From an uncultured Candidatus Saccharibacteria bacterium (GTDB lineage Bacteria; Patescibacteriota; Saccharimonadia; Saccharimonadales; JAGQNJ01): DNA of 64,000 nucleotides. The position numbers and the translations under genes were made by a program. Of this stretch, positions 17,847-28,420 are shown piece by piece. Position 1 is the first letter of the stretch. The number at the start of each line of letters is the position of its first letter. The notes below the pieces were generated by a model, which saw only the letters and a program-made list of their open reading frames with translations, did not search any database and had not been told where the DNA came from. The stretch covers positions 1,459-65,458 of the forward strand of contig CAYRRR010000002.1 in NCBI GenBank assembly GCA_964426755.1, in the 5' to 3' direction.

Positions 17847-20734
17847 TGAAGTTTAAGTCAGGAACACGACGAAAACCAATTGAGTACGAAAAAGATTGGG
17901 TAGAGCGTTGGAAGAAGAGCAAAACATTCGAAAAGTCTGTCGAAAATCGTCCAGCCGACAATGCCTACGTGTTTTACGACGGCCCTCCATTTATAACTGG
18001 AGTACCACACCACGGAACGCTACTTAGTAGCATCATAAAAGACGCTGTACCGCGCTATTGGACCATGAAAGGTAAGCGCGTGGAGCGTGTCTGGGGGTGG
18101 GACACGCACGGATTACCGGCAGAAGTGTTTACCGAGAAAAAGCTTGGCATTAAAGATCGCCGAGATATTGGTACAAAAATTAGCTTAGAAGACTACATTA
18201 AAACAGCTCGCGAAAACATGATTGTAACCGGTGGGCTCTGGGAAGAGTATGTCGACAGAATCGGCCGCTGGGTTAATTTTAAGGGTGCCTATAAAACCAT
18301 GGATAAGGAATACATGGAAAGTATTTGGTGGGCATTCAAAACGCTGTACGAAAAAGGCAAGATTTATGAAGGTGAACGTGTTTTGATGTACTGCACGCGT
18401 GATGCTACTCCTCTTTCTAAGGCAGAAGTCACTATGGATGCCGGTGCGTACCAAGATGTCACCGACCCAAGTGTGTATGTTAAGTTTAAGCTAAAAGAGT
18501 CTGACGAATATTTACTGGCATGGACTACAACACCGTGGACGTTACCGGGCAATACTGCTGTAGCGGTTAATAAAGATTTAACGTACGCGAGGGTCAAAGT
18601 AGGTGATGACACATTGATCTTGGCTGAGGAGCTTTTGTCCAAGGTGCTAACAGACGAGAAGCACAAACCACTTGAGTTTAAGTTACTGGGCAAATTAAAA
18701 GGCAGTAAATTAGTCGGCAAAAAATACGAACCATTATTTACAAATCGTGGCAAACATGCACACCAGATTTGGCATGCAGATTATGTAAGCGCAGAAGATG
18801 GCACCGGGATAGTGCACCTTGCGCCAGCGTATGGTGAGGAAGACTTTGAGCTAGCTCAAGACAACAAGGTGCCGGTTGTACATGTACTAGATGAGAGCGG
18901 CATCTACACAGAAGGCGACTGGAAAGGTGAAAACGTATGGGAGATTAACAAAACTATCGCAAAAGACCTACGTGATCAGGGTGTGGTCTGGAAGATTGAC
19001 TACATTCGCCATAGTTATCCGCATTGTCATCGATGTAACACGCGGTTGATGTATCGCGCACACCCCAGCTGGTTCTTCGACGTTCAAGGCCAGAAAGAAG
19101 CAATGTTGGCACAAAATACAGAGGTAATTAACTGGTATCCTCCTCATCTTAAGCATGGCCGTTTCGAGAAAAATATATTGGCTGCACCGGATTGGAATCT
19201 AAGTCGTGACCGCTTTTGGGCTACCGCGATGCCAGTTTGGAAGAGCGAAGACGGGGACATAAAGGTTATAGGTAGTTATGCTGAACTTAAAGATTTGAGT
19301 GGCGTTGAGCTGGAGGACTATCATCGTCCGTGGGTAGATGAAGTAGAATTTGACTATGAAGGCAAGCACTACAAGCGAATAGATAAAGTGCTGGACGGAT
19401 GGTTTGAAAGCGGTAGTATGCCGTTTGCCCAGTTTCATTATCCGTTTGAAAACAAAGAAAAGTTTGAGGCGAACTTCCCAGGCGATTTTATTGCAGAGTA
19501 TATCGGCCAGGTTCGAGCCTGGTTTTATTACCTGCATGTAGTTAATGTTGGGCTTTTTGGCAAAGCGCCATTTAAAAATGTCGTTACCACCGGAAACTTG
19601 ATGGGGAATGATGGTTATAAGCTAAGTAAATCTCGTGGCAACTACACGGATCCTATGGAAGTTATGGACAGGTACTCAGCAGATGCCGAGCGCTTTTTGC
19701 TGTTGAGCTCTCCTGTACTCAAAGCAGAAGATTACAGTCTGCAAGATAAAGACATTGGCGATGTTGCGCGCAAGCTTAATATGATCTGGAATATGTACGA
19801 CTTCTTTACCATGTATGCAGAGGTAGATGGTTGGGAATTTGACCCCAAGCAGCAATCAGTACTTGCGCTGGAGGACCTGGCTAATCCATTAGACAAATGG
19901 ATTGTTTCACGCCTGCACCAGCTTACTGACCATGTTACCAAGTACATGGAAGAGTACAATTTGCCTGAAGCACTGAGCGAATTCATGCCCTTTATTGATG
20001 ATGCATCAAATTGGTACGTGCGCCGATCCCGACGACGTTTCTGGAAAAGCGGAGATGATGCCGACAAAAGCGATGCGTATCGAACGCTGCATTATGTCTT
20101 ATACCGTTTGAGCATAGTTCTAGCACCATTTACACCGTTTTTGGCTGAAGAGCTGTATCAAAAGCTAGGGGGAGATGCAGAATCAGTTCACCTACTTGAT
20201 TGGCCATCTGGCGGCCAGGTTGATGAACTGGTTATAGATGATATGGCGAGATTGCGCGAAATCATCACTGACGGTCTATCACAAAGAGCTGCAGCAGGGA
20301 TTAAGGTGCGCCAGCCTTTAAAGAAGATTACTGCCAATACTTCTGATGCAGCATTGCTTAATAAGTACGAAGGCATTGTTAAGGAAGAGCTAAATGTTAA
20401 GATGATCGAAGAAATAAGTAGTAAAAGCTTGAAAAAACCGCTCATTGATCTTTTGGCTACACCCGAACTTAAACGCGAGGGAATGATGCGAGAAGTAGTT
20501 CGGCAAGTGCAAAACGCTCGCAAACAAGCAGAGCTTAACGTTGATGATCGCATTTTGCTCTCTTTGCAAACGAATGACACTACATTACAGCAAGCCATTA
20601 AAGATCATAAAGAAACAATCATGAACGAAACATTAGCTGTCAAGCTTGACGCAACGCTTAGTTCACCACAGGCACATAAAGAAGATACAAAAGTTGAAGG
20701 AGCCGATTTAACTATAATGCTTGCGCTTGCATAA
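17846..20734 (+). CDS. ileS: Isoleucine--tRNA ligase, type 2
   Basis: FYDGPPF, GWDTHGLP, WTTTPWTLP, DWNLSRDRFW, WFESGSMP, KLSKS, SNWYVRRSRRRFW. Confidence 0.96.
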   Translation: MKFKSGTRRKPIEYEKDWVERWKKSKTFEKSVENRPADNAYVFYDGPPFITGVPHHGTLLSSIIKDAVPRYWTMKGKRVERVWGWDTHGLPAEVFTEKKLGIKDRRDIGTKISLEDYIKTARENMIVTGGLWEEYVDRIGRWVNFKGAYKTMDKEYMESIWWAFKTLYEKGKIYEGERVLMYCTRDATPLSKAEVTMDAGAYQDVTDPSVYVKFKLKESDEYLLAWTTTPWTLPGNTAVAVNKDLTYARVKVGDDTLILAEELLSKVLTDEKHKPLEFKLLGKLKGSKLVGKKYEPLFTNRGKHAHQIWHADYVSAEDGTGIVHLAPAYGEEDFELAQDNKVPVVHVLDESGIYTEGDWKGENVWEINKTIAKDLRDQGVVWKIDYIRHSYPHCHRCNTRLMYRAHPSWFFDVQGQKEAMLAQNTEVINWYPPHLKHGRFEKNILAAPDWNLSRDRFWATAMPVWKSEDGDIKVIGSYAELKDLSGVELEDYHRPWVDEVEFDYEGKHYKRIDKVLDGWFESGSMPFAQFHYPFENKEKFEANFPGDFIAEYIGQVRAWFYYLHVVNVGLFGKAPFKNVVTTGNLMGNDGYKLSKSRGNYTDPMEVMDRYSADAERFLLLSSPVLKAEDYSLQDKDIGDVARKLNMIWNMYDFFTMYAEVDGWEFDPKQQSVLALEDLANPLDKWIVSRLHQLTDHVTKYMEEYNLPEALSEFMPFIDDASNWYVRRSRRRFWKSGDDADKSDAYRTLHYVLYRLSIVLAPFTPFLAEELYQKLGGDAESVHLLDWPSGGQVDELVIDDMARLREIITDGLSQRAAAGIKVRQPLKKITANTSDAALLNKYEGIVKEELNVKMIEEISSKSLKKPLIDLLATPELKREGMMREVVRQVQNARKQAELNVDDRILLSLQTNDTTLQQAIKDHKETIMNETLAVKLDATLSSPQAHKEDTKVEGADLTIMLALA

Positions 20735-20773
20735 TTGTTTTTTGAGTTTACAATATTCTATTACTATAAAATT

Positions 20774-21154
20774 ATGAAGAAAGTTAAATCAGTAAATCCA
20801 ACACGTATCAGCGCTGCCCTTGAGGCAGAGGTTATTGACGGGGCGCCATTTCCGTATAGCCCCGATAATCCGCAGTCACGAGCAGTAGCGCGCTTAATAG
20901 AGCCCGGTGAAGCTCGCGCGTGCAGTTATTGTGATGAGCCAGCTAAATTTAAGGCAAAGCAAAAAGGGCAGTTTTTAATTGAAGCAACGGTAGTAGATGA
21001 TGACGGCAAGTGGGAGCGTAATGAAATTTTCTTCCCCCCAAGCTGTTATGATGAAGCAGGTGCCCCGTACGGTCCGGTATACACCAAATCACCCCAACAG
21101 GGCATCCAAGAAGGAACACTTTCGCCCGATGATTTTGTGTCATTAAGGCAATAA
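20774..21154 (+). CDS. Hypothetical protein with possible metal-binding motif
   Basis: CSYC plus distal PSCY; TACTAT -10 hexamer 6 nt before ATG; followed by terminator. Confidence 0.65.
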   Translation: MKKVKSVNPTRISAALEAEVIDGAPFPYSPDNPQSRAVARLIEPGEARACSYCDEPAKFKAKQKGQFLIEATVVDDDGKWERNEIFFPPSCYDEAGAPYGPVYTKSPQQGIQEGTLSPDDFVSLRQ

Positions 21155-21174
21155 ACCCTAGAATTCAGGGTTTT
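21153..21174 (+). terminator. Probable intrinsic terminator
   Basis: aaaccct-agaattc-agggtttt hairpin right after the stop codon. Confidence 0.55.
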
Positions 21175-21266
21175 ACCAAGCATCATGACACTTTACAGAG
21201 ACGCGCTAATCTGTTACACTTTATCGGTAACTTTTCTCAACACATAAGACGAATAGAAGAGATAAT

Positions 21267-21581
21267 ATGAGTAAAAAAGCAGTAATTGCCACTGGTGGCA
21301 AACAATATATTGTGAGCGAAGGCGAGACAATAGAAGTCGAGCGGCTTAAGGACGCTAAAGACAAACTAACCTTTAATCCGTTATTAGTAATTGATGGCGA
21401 GACGGTGAGCGTAGGCGCACCTGAAGTTTCTGGTGCTTCAGTTACCGCGAAGGTAATAGAAGAAGTAAAAGCCGATAAAGTAACTTCTATTCGTTACAAG
21501 TCTAAAAAACGTGTAAAAAAAGTACGTGGTCATCGCCAGGTTCTAACACGTATTACTGTCGATAAGATCTCTTTAAAATAA
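21267..21581 (+). CDS. rplU: 50S ribosomal protein L21
   Basis: AVIATGGKQY, RYKSKK..GHRQ..T. Confidence 0.96.
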   Translation: MSKKAVIATGGKQYIVSEGETIEVERLKDAKDKLTFNPLLVIDGETVSVGAPEVSGASVTAKVIEEVKADKVTSIRYKSKKRVKKVRGHRQVLTRITVDKISLK

Positions 21582-21645
21582 CACGCTACACATTGCTTCC
21601 GGTACGTGAAAATGCTACGCTTGAGGAGTGAAAAGCGTATCGGGT

Positions 21646-22401
21646 ATGAGGCATATCATTGCAGTTTTAAACCAAAAAGGTGGTGTTGGTAAGACCACTA
21701 GCACTATCAACATAGCAGCCTATTTAGCTAAAATGGGACGATCTGTATTGGTAGTTGATCTGGACCCGCAAGGTAACGCAACAAGCGGTCTTGGTCTTGC
21801 AAAAAAGAATCAGGTCACCACATATGATGTACTGTTGAATGGAGCTTTGCTTGGCCAAGCAATCAAAGAAGTAGATAACAGTGATATAGCAGTTGTGCCT
21901 GCAAACGCTGATTTAGCTGGAGCAGAAGTAGAGTTAGTTTCACAGACAGATCGCGAAAACAGGCTTAAGAACGCTCTCGTACATGCATCGTATGATTATA
22001 TATTGATAGATTGCCCCCCTTCGCTAGGGCTACTAAGTATTAACGCTCTGACTGCAGCAGATTCTGTGCTGATTCCCGTACAGGCTGAGTATTATGCGCT
22101 CGAAGGCTTGACACAACTTCTTTCAACCATACAACGAGTACGCGAGGGATTAAATCCAAACTTAGATCTGCTGGGAGTAGTGGTAACAATGTATGATAGT
22201 CGAACATCTCTGTCCGACAGTGTCTATAAAGAGTTACAGAAGCATTTTGGCGCAAAACTATTCAAAACCGTAATACCTAGAAACGTGCGTTTAGCTGAAG
22301 CGCCAAGCTACGGTAAGACCATACTCGAACATGATAAATGGTCACGGGGTGCTCGAGCATATAAAGCGTTAGCAAAGGAGATAGACAAACATGGCAACTA
22401 A
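21646..22401 (+). CDS. parA: Chromosome partitioning ATPase ParA/Soj
   Basis: NQKGGVGKTT, DLDPQGNAT, IDCPPSLG, IPRNVRLAEAPS. Confidence 0.96.
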   Translation: MRHIIAVLNQKGGVGKTTSTINIAAYLAKMGRSVLVVDLDPQGNATSGLGLAKKNQVTTYDVLLNGALLGQAIKEVDNSDIAVVPANADLAGAEVELVSQTDRENRLKNALVHASYDYILIDCPPSLGLLSINALTAADSVLIPVQAEYYALEGLTQLLSTIQRVREGLNPNLDLLGVVVTMYDSRTSLSDSVYKELQKHFGAKLFKTVIPRNVRLAEAPSYGKTILEHDKWSRGARAYKALAKEIDKHGN

Positions 22402-23248
22402 AGCTGGACTTGGCAAAGGTCTTGACGCGCTGATTCCGAAAGAGTTTGATAATTCGATATTGCAGAGTTCTGAAAAAGTCCAAACAGTTCCTGTAAATGA
22501 GGTAAGCCCCAACCCTGATCAGCCTCGTAAACATTTTGATGAGAATGCGCTGCAAGAACTAGCAACTTCAATCAGATCACATGGGATAGTGCAGCCACTT
22601 GTGGTTACAAAAAGCGGCGACACATATCGGATTGTAGCAGGTGAACGACGCTGGCGAGCGGCAAAACTCGCTGGCTTAAAAGAGGTTCCGGTTATAGTGC
22701 GCTCACTAAAGCAACTCGAAGAGCTTGAGGTGGCAATTATTGAGAATGTTCAGCGGGTTGATTTGTCGCCGCTTGAACAGGCACTGTCTATCGAGCGCTT
22801 ACATGACCAATTTAGCCTAAGCTACGGTGATATTGCTACTAAGCTGGGCAAGGCAATTCCTACTATTCACAATACGGTACGGCTACTGCAGCTACCCGAC
22901 AATGCAAAAAAAGCGCTACAAGCAAAAAAAATAAGTGAAGGGCATGCTCGAGCAATTCTTGCCCTTAAAGATAGCCCTAATAAGCAATCAGAGTTACTGG
23001 CGTCCATATTAGAGCATGGATGGTCAGTACGGCAGGCAGAGCAATTTGTGACAGGTTCACGTCAGTCTCATCATAAGCCACGAGCAGTTACGCAGCATAT
23101 GGCTACCAGCAACCTTCAAACCCAGGCGCTATCAAAACAATTGAATACATCAGTTACCATAAAACGAACCGCAAAAGGTGGCAAATTAGAAGTTTACTTT
23201 AAGGATGATGCCGACCTGGAACGAATTGCTAAGCAATTACTGTCTTAA
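22391..23248 (+). CDS. parB: Chromosome partitioning protein ParB/Spo0J
   Basis: GLGKGLDALI, NPDQPRKHF, AGERRWRA, IIENVQRVDL, SEGHARAIL. Confidence 0.96.
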   Translation: MATKAGLGKGLDALIPKEFDNSILQSSEKVQTVPVNEVSPNPDQPRKHFDENALQELATSIRSHGIVQPLVVTKSGDTYRIVAGERRWRAAKLAGLKEVPVIVRSLKQLEELEVAIIENVQRVDLSPLEQALSIERLHDQFSLSYGDIATKLGKAIPTIHNTVRLLQLPDNAKKALQAKKISEGHARAILALKDSPNKQSELLASILEHGWSVRQAEQFVTGSRQSHHKPRAVTQHMATSNLQTQALSKQLNTSVTIKRTAKGGKLEVYFKDDADLERIAKQLLS

Positions 23249-23889
23249 AACGTCCGGGCTTTATTGAGCGGAAAGATGCGTATACCGAGTTTTCCGACAA
23301 TGTCTTCTGCCTTAACGTTACCGAAGTAGCGGGAGTCAAGCGAATTGTTACGATTGTCGCCTAATACAAATACTTCTCCGTCTTGTACCCTGATATCAAC
23401 ATCATTTCCTGCGCTTCTATCTGATGACTGAGCATATTCTTGGCCTTTGTCAGGGTCAAATCCGTTAGGTTTTTGTGCATTATAAACAGTAACCTGACCA
23501 TCGCGAACGGTGACGCGCTCGCCAGGTAAGCCGATAACCCGTTTCACGAGCTGTCGGTTGCCTTGACCGGTGCCTGATTCGTCACGGCTAAAAATAATCA
23601 CCTCGTAGCGGTCCGGAATATAATCTTTGCCGGTAAGCCGCGCCCATGTTCGAGGCATTTTATTGACTATCAACAGATCTTGGTTTTGCAGTGTTTGTTC
23701 CATGCTTGGCCCGTCAACTTCGTACGACTGAATAACAAATAGTATGAGCACCAATGCTAGTAGGGGTGCTGCCAAAAACAAGGCGACTGTCGAGATGATG
23801 CTACGCCAGTTTCGGCTAGGGTCATCCGGCGTGGTTTGAAGCGGTTGAGCTGGGTAGTTGTTTGTTACCGGGGTTCTATAATCAGACAT
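23245..23889 (-). CDS. lepB: Signal peptidase I
   Basis: GPSMEQTL, VKRVIGLPG, GDNRNNSLDSRYFG; N-terminal TM. Confidence 0.95.
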   Translation of the reverse strand: MSDYRTPVTNNYPAQPLQTTPDDPSRNWRSIISTVALFLAAPLLALVLILFVIQSYEVDGPSMEQTLQNQDLLIVNKMPRTWARLTGKDYIPDRYEVIIFSRDESGTGQGNRQLVKRVIGLPGERVTVRDGQVTVYNAQKPNGFDPDKGQEYAQSSDRSAGNDVDIRVQDGEVFVLGDNRNNSLDSRYFGNVKAEDIVGKLGIRIFPLNKARTF

Positions 23890-23992
23890 TACAGATAATA
23901 ACTATACGGTAAACAGGTCTAAATAGCCATAAAAGTTTTTACAAATAACTTTCATACCTTGGCGATAAACGCTATACTAAAGACCACGTGCT

Positions 23993-25651
23993 ATGGATAA
24001 TTTCCGAAGACCAAAACGTGTAGTTAATTCAAGCGACATGGATGGAATTTTACGTTCCAGAATGCGCTATAACCCGGGTAGCTTCTCTTCTCGACGACAA
24101 GTTACTCGTGATTCAAGTTCAGTTCATAAAACAAGCGATGCTCGTATTGGGAATTTTGAACGTAAAGATGGTTTTTTCGCAAGAAAAACCAAGCCGATAA
24201 CGCCCGATGGCCGTGCCTTAGGACGTCAGTCACGCGCAGCTCGCAACCCTATTGATATGACCATAGAAGAAAAACCGTCACGCAAAAACAAGAAAAGTAA
24301 TAAGAGAAGCCTGGACTGGAAGCGTGTATTGAAACGAACGGTAATCGGCGTCTTGCTATTGGGTCTTATTGTGGGCGGTTACCTAGGTGCAAAAGGTTTC
24401 TTGCGTGCCCGACAGATATTCAAGGGCGGGGGTGACGATGTTCTGTGGAGTTGCGAGCCAAACGTAGACTCACTAAAGCAAGAGGGTGATGGCAGGATTA
24501 ACTTTTTATTACTGGGTAAAGGCGGTCCTGAGCAAACTGATAGCCCTGATTTAACGGATACAATTATTGTGGCTAGTGTTGACCCCTGTAATAATGAGGC
24601 CGGTTTATTGAGTATTCCACGCGATCTCGCAGTCAAAATGGAGAGCGGCGAAACAAATAAAATCAATGCCGTATACGCCTTAACAAAAATGGCCTCTAAG
24701 GCGGATGATAAGTCTGACGAAGAGGCAGAGCAAGAGGCTATTGAGGCAATTGAAAATGCCGTAGAAAACGTAGTTGGTTTGCGTATGGATCGCTATATAA
24801 TGCTCGATTTCACGGCCTTTGAGCAGGCAGTTGATGCAGTTGGTGGCATTACCATAGATGTGCAGAAGCCCGTTAGTGAGCAAATGCGCTTAAAAGGTAA
24901 ACAGTATCGATTGGATGTTCCAACCGGTACGCAGGAGTTTGATGGACTTCGAGCTTTGGCGTACACGCGCTCGCGGTATACTAGTGCACGAGGTGATTTT
25001 GATCGGTCGGAACGCCAACGAGAGGTGATTGTCGCACTTCGTGAGAAGGTCTTTAGCCTCGGTACGTTTAGCAACCCTCTTAAAATTTCTCAACTAATGG
25101 ATGCATTTGGTACGCGGGTTCGCACCAATATAAATGGTAATGATGAAATCGGTAAGCTATATACTATTGGCCAAGCAATTGATGCCTCTCGCATTAAGTC
25201 AGTCAGCTTGGTTGATGAGCCGAATGTATTAATCGGCAGCGGCGGGGCAAGCTTAGGATTGGGCTCGGTTCAGGTGCCAAAAGCGGGACTGTATCGCTAC
25301 GATGACATTAGAGCGTTTGTGCGTACAACCTTTGTTGATGGCTTTATAAAGAAAGAAAACGCTCAAATAGCTGTGCTGAACGGAACAACGGTAGCAAATT
25401 TAGCAAAAACAAAGGGCGAGTTGCTAAAATCGTATGGCTACAATGTCAGTGAAGTCGGTGATGCGCCAACTAAGAATAACCCCTCTACGATAATCATTGA
25501 TTTGAAGAAAAAAGACACAAAGCTTACCAAGCGATACCTGGAGCTTCGCTTTAAGACAACCGCAACAACTAAGCTGCCCGAGGGCTATACGCCGCCCGAG
25601 AACGCCGACTTTGTTATAATAGTGGGGCAGAATGAAACGAGTAACCGCTAA
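23993..25651 (+). CDS. LCP (LytR-CpsA-Psr) family protein with C-terminal LytR_C domain
   Basis: INFLLLG, TDTIIV, SIPRDL, KINAVY, DFDRSERQR; IAVLNGT..LA and VIIVG LytR_C motifs; basic N-terminal tail plus TM. Confidence 0.92.
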   Translation: MDNFRRPKRVVNSSDMDGILRSRMRYNPGSFSSRRQVTRDSSSVHKTSDARIGNFERKDGFFARKTKPITPDGRALGRQSRAARNPIDMTIEEKPSRKNKKSNKRSLDWKRVLKRTVIGVLLLGLIVGGYLGAKGFLRARQIFKGGGDDVLWSCEPNVDSLKQEGDGRINFLLLGKGGPEQTDSPDLTDTIIVASVDPCNNEAGLLSIPRDLAVKMESGETNKINAVYALTKMASKADDKSDEEAEQEAIEAIENAVENVVGLRMDRYIMLDFTAFEQAVDAVGGITIDVQKPVSEQMRLKGKQYRLDVPTGTQEFDGLRALAYTRSRYTSARGDFDRSERQREVIVALREKVFSLGTFSNPLKISQLMDAFGTRVRTNINGNDEIGKLYTIGQAIDASRIKSVSLVDEPNVLIGSGGASLGLGSVQVPKAGLYRYDDIRAFVRTTFVDGFIKKENAQIAVLNGTTVANLAKTKGELLKSYGYNVSEVGDAPTKNNPSTIIIDLKKKDTKLTKRYLELRFKTTATTKLPEGYTPPENADFVIIVGQNETSNR

Positions 25652-26381
25652 AATTAAGCCCGCCGCGGGCTTTTCATACCTGTTCCACCTTTTTTTAACC
25701 GTACTATTGCCGTTAACCGTTTACGTATTGGTTAGGCTTAATCTGGTGCAGCTCGCAGTTATTTTGGTTATTGTCAGTAAGTGGCGCATGTTTTCGGTGC
25801 GACCACGCCACTGGCTGGCTATAATCAGAGCAAACGCTGCAGACATTATCGTTGGAATGGCTTCGATTATCTTTATGATAAACACTTCAAGCGGTATTAT
25901 GCAGCTGATATGGGCCGTAGCCTATGCTTTGTGGCTCATACTTATAAAGCCGAGTTCAAGTGTTTTTGGCGTGTCGTTACAAGCGTTTATTGCCTTTTTG
26001 TATGGTATAACCGCCATATACCTTGAATGGGGTGCATCAGATGCGCTAGTACTTATGATCATGACTTGGTTAGTTTGTTATTCTGTGGCTCGACACTTTT
26101 TGACAAGCTTTGACGAGCCGCATGCGCCGTTTTTAGCAAATATGTGGGCATTATTTGGTGGCAGCTTGGCGTGGCTGTTGTCCCACTGGTTGCTGTACTA
26201 TCAGGTGGTATCTCAGGTTTCGTTATTATTAGTCGTTTTAGGTTTTGGTGTCGGGACATTATATTATCTAGATAAAACTGATCGGTTATCAGCATTACTG
26301 CGTCGTCAAATTATCTTTATTATGATTGCAATTGTTATAATAACATTAGCGTTTTCTGACTGGGGAGATAAAACAATATAG
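25632..26381 (+). CDS. Multi-pass membrane protein of unknown function
   Basis: About 8 hydrophobic segments; operon-like between LCP and htrA. Confidence 0.75.
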   Translation: MKRVTAKIKPAAGFSYLFHLFLTVLLPLTVYVLVRLNLVQLAVILVIVSKWRMFSVRPRHWLAIIRANAADIIVGMASIIFMINTSSGIMQLIWAVAYALWLILIKPSSSVFGVSLQAFIAFLYGITAIYLEWGASDALVLMIMTWLVCYSVARHFLTSFDEPHAPFLANMWALFGGSLAWLLSHWLLYYQVVSQVSLLLVVLGFGVGTLYYLDKTDRLSALLRRQIIFIMIAIVIITLAFSDWGDKTI

Positions 26382-26385
26382 GAGG

Positions 26386-27603
26386 GTGACATTGGAAGAA
26401 GAACAACGGCAAGCACCGACTCAAAAACCGGTAATAAATTCTCAACATAAAAGCGGCGTATCGAAACACACCTTGTTAACCATTGTGGCGATCTTTTTTA
26501 TTAGTATTGCCTCAGGATTTACGGGTGGCTTAATTGGTGTGAACTATAAAAGTAATTCTACCAGTACGACCGAACGTATTGAGCAAGGGCGTCAGGTCAT
26601 TGAAGAGCAGGGAGATCTTATCAGTAGTATTGCCAAAGAAGTTGGGCCCAGTGTCGTTTCGATTGATGTAACGAGTCGAGGAGAGGCTGAATCATTTTTT
26701 GGTCCACGAACGTTCCAGCAGCAAAGTGCCGGAACAGGCTTTATCATCAGCGAGTCAGGGTATGTGGTAACTAATCGCCATGTTATTGCTGAGGGTGTTA
26801 CCCAAGTAAGTTTAACAATGTCTGACGGCACCATTTTAGATGAAGTAGCGGTGGTTGGGCGAACCGCAGGTTCGGATCCGCTTGACGTAGCGTTTTTAAA
26901 GATAAATAACACCAAAGGAAAAAAACTTACGGTGGCACGACTAGGAGATTCTGGTAGCGTAGAGGTAGGCGACACGGTTATTGCCATCGGCAATGCGTTA
27001 GGTCAGTTTCAAAATTCAGTCACCTCGGGGATTATATCGGGATATGGAAGAAGTGTTGAAGCGTCAGATGGACGGGGTGCCAATGCTGAAAACCTCCAAA
27101 ATCTTTTTCAAACCGACGCTGCAATCAATCAAGGTAACTCAGGGGGTCCACTCGTAAACAGTAACGGAGAGGTAATTGGTATCAATACGGCCGTAGCAGG
27201 TGGTTCAGCTCAAAATATAGGTTTTGCCATACCTATCAATGATACAAAGGGTTTGATCCAGGGTGTTTTAGAAAATGGCAGAGTGCAGCGACCATACCTC
27301 GGGGTGCGATACATTCAAATTACGCCAGGCAATGCTGAAGAGCTGGGCGTGAGTGTGGATGAAGGCGCCTATGTGGGCGGAGTGACCGGAACGGGCATAG
27401 TAGTCGGCTCGCCAGCTCAACAGGCCGGATTACAGGATAAAGACGTTATTATTAAAGTAAATGGGCAGCCAGTCGATCAAAACAACACGCTTGCGTCTGT
27501 TATTGGGCGATTTAAGGTTGGCGAAGAAGTAGAAATAACCTATTTACGGGGAGGCCAAGAACGAACCACGAAGGTCACCCTTGGCGAACTACCGGCAAAT
27601 TAG
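26386..27603 (+). CDS. htrA: HtrA/DegP-family serine protease with PDZ domain
   Basis: TNRHV, TDAAINQGNSGGPL, PYLGV PDZ; N-terminal TM. Confidence 0.95.
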   Translation: MTLEEEQRQAPTQKPVINSQHKSGVSKHTLLTIVAIFFISIASGFTGGLIGVNYKSNSTSTTERIEQGRQVIEEQGDLISSIAKEVGPSVVSIDVTSRGEAESFFGPRTFQQQSAGTGFIISESGYVVTNRHVIAEGVTQVSLTMSDGTILDEVAVVGRTAGSDPLDVAFLKINNTKGKKLTVARLGDSGSVEVGDTVIAIGNALGQFQNSVTSGIISGYGRSVEASDGRGANAENLQNLFQTDAAINQGNSGGPLVNSNGEVIGINTAVAGGSAQNIGFAIPINDTKGLIQGVLENGRVQRPYLGVRYIQITPGNAEELGVSVDEGAYVGGVTGTGIVVGSPAQQAGLQDKDVIIKVNGQPVDQNNTLASVIGRFKVGEEVEITYLRGGQERTTKVTLGELPAN

Positions 27604-27604
27604 T

Positions 27605-28420
27605 TTAGTTGGCTTGAAAAATCTGAACCAAGCCCTCTGTTTCAAGTAGTGAATAACCCGCAGCTTTTGCGTAAGCTTTCTGAGTTTGATGCTGCTTGCG
27701 TAGACTTTCCGTCATAACGTATTTGCAACTAGCGAGACCGCTAATTTTTTGCCAAAGTGCTTCATATAATGCTAATCCCCCATTGTCTGCAAATAGGGCA
27801 AGTGAGGGTTCATAGTCAAGCTCTGGCTCAAGATACATGTCTTTGGGCACATAGGGCAGGTTGGCGACGATGATCGAAAAGTGATTTGTTGCAGGCAATA
27901 AGTCAGCTTGGACTAACGAGCAGTCAGCATTAAGATTATTCATATTCTTTTTAGCAACTTTTAGTGCTAACGGGTCGATATCAAGCAGTGTGACATGATT
28001 CTTGGGTAGCTCAAGCTTTAGGGTGATACCTAAAACTCCTGAGCCGCTACCCACATCTACAATGGATTCGTGGGTAAAATTATATTTTTTAGCTAACGTA
28101 ATGAATGCTTCTGATTCTGGCCGAGGAATGAGCACATTCTTATCGACAAAAAAATCTCGACCATAAAATTCAATACGGTTGGTAATGTAGGCAATTGGCT
28201 TGCGGCTCTTTCTTTGTGTCAGCAGCTCATTCAAAGCGGTGTGTTGCGCGATAGTCAGCGGTTTGTCGGTGTGGGCCAAGAGGTGGACGCGATCTGTTTT
28301 GAGGGCAAATTCTAGCAATAATAATGCATCTAATTGGTAAGATGGAATACCAGCGTCTTTTAATTGCTTACGGGCAGCGATCAGCCAATCATTTATCGTC
28401 AGAGATGAGTTGGCGTTCAT
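27605..28420 (-). CDS. prmC: Release factor glutamine methyltransferase
   Basis: [26 protein letters not shown]; downstream of prfA. Confidence 0.93.
   Translation of the reverse strand: MNANSSLTINDWLIAARKQLKDAGIPSYQLDALLLLEFALKTDRVHLLAHTDKPLTIAQHTALNELLTQRKSRKPIAYITNRIEFYGRDFFVDKNVLIPRPESEAFITLAKKYNFTHESIVDVGSGSGVLGITLKLELPKNHVTLLDIDPLALKVAKKNMNNLNADCSLVQADLLPATNHFSIIVANLPYVPKDMYLEPELDYEPSLALFADNGGLALYEALWQKISGLASCKYVMTESLRKQHQTQKAYAKAAGYSLLETEGLVQIFQAN

Noticed and set aside
21598-21614. Possible parS site upstream of parA (ACGTGAAA half-site)
   Set aside because: Only one half matches TGTTTCACGTGAAACA; no full palindrome.
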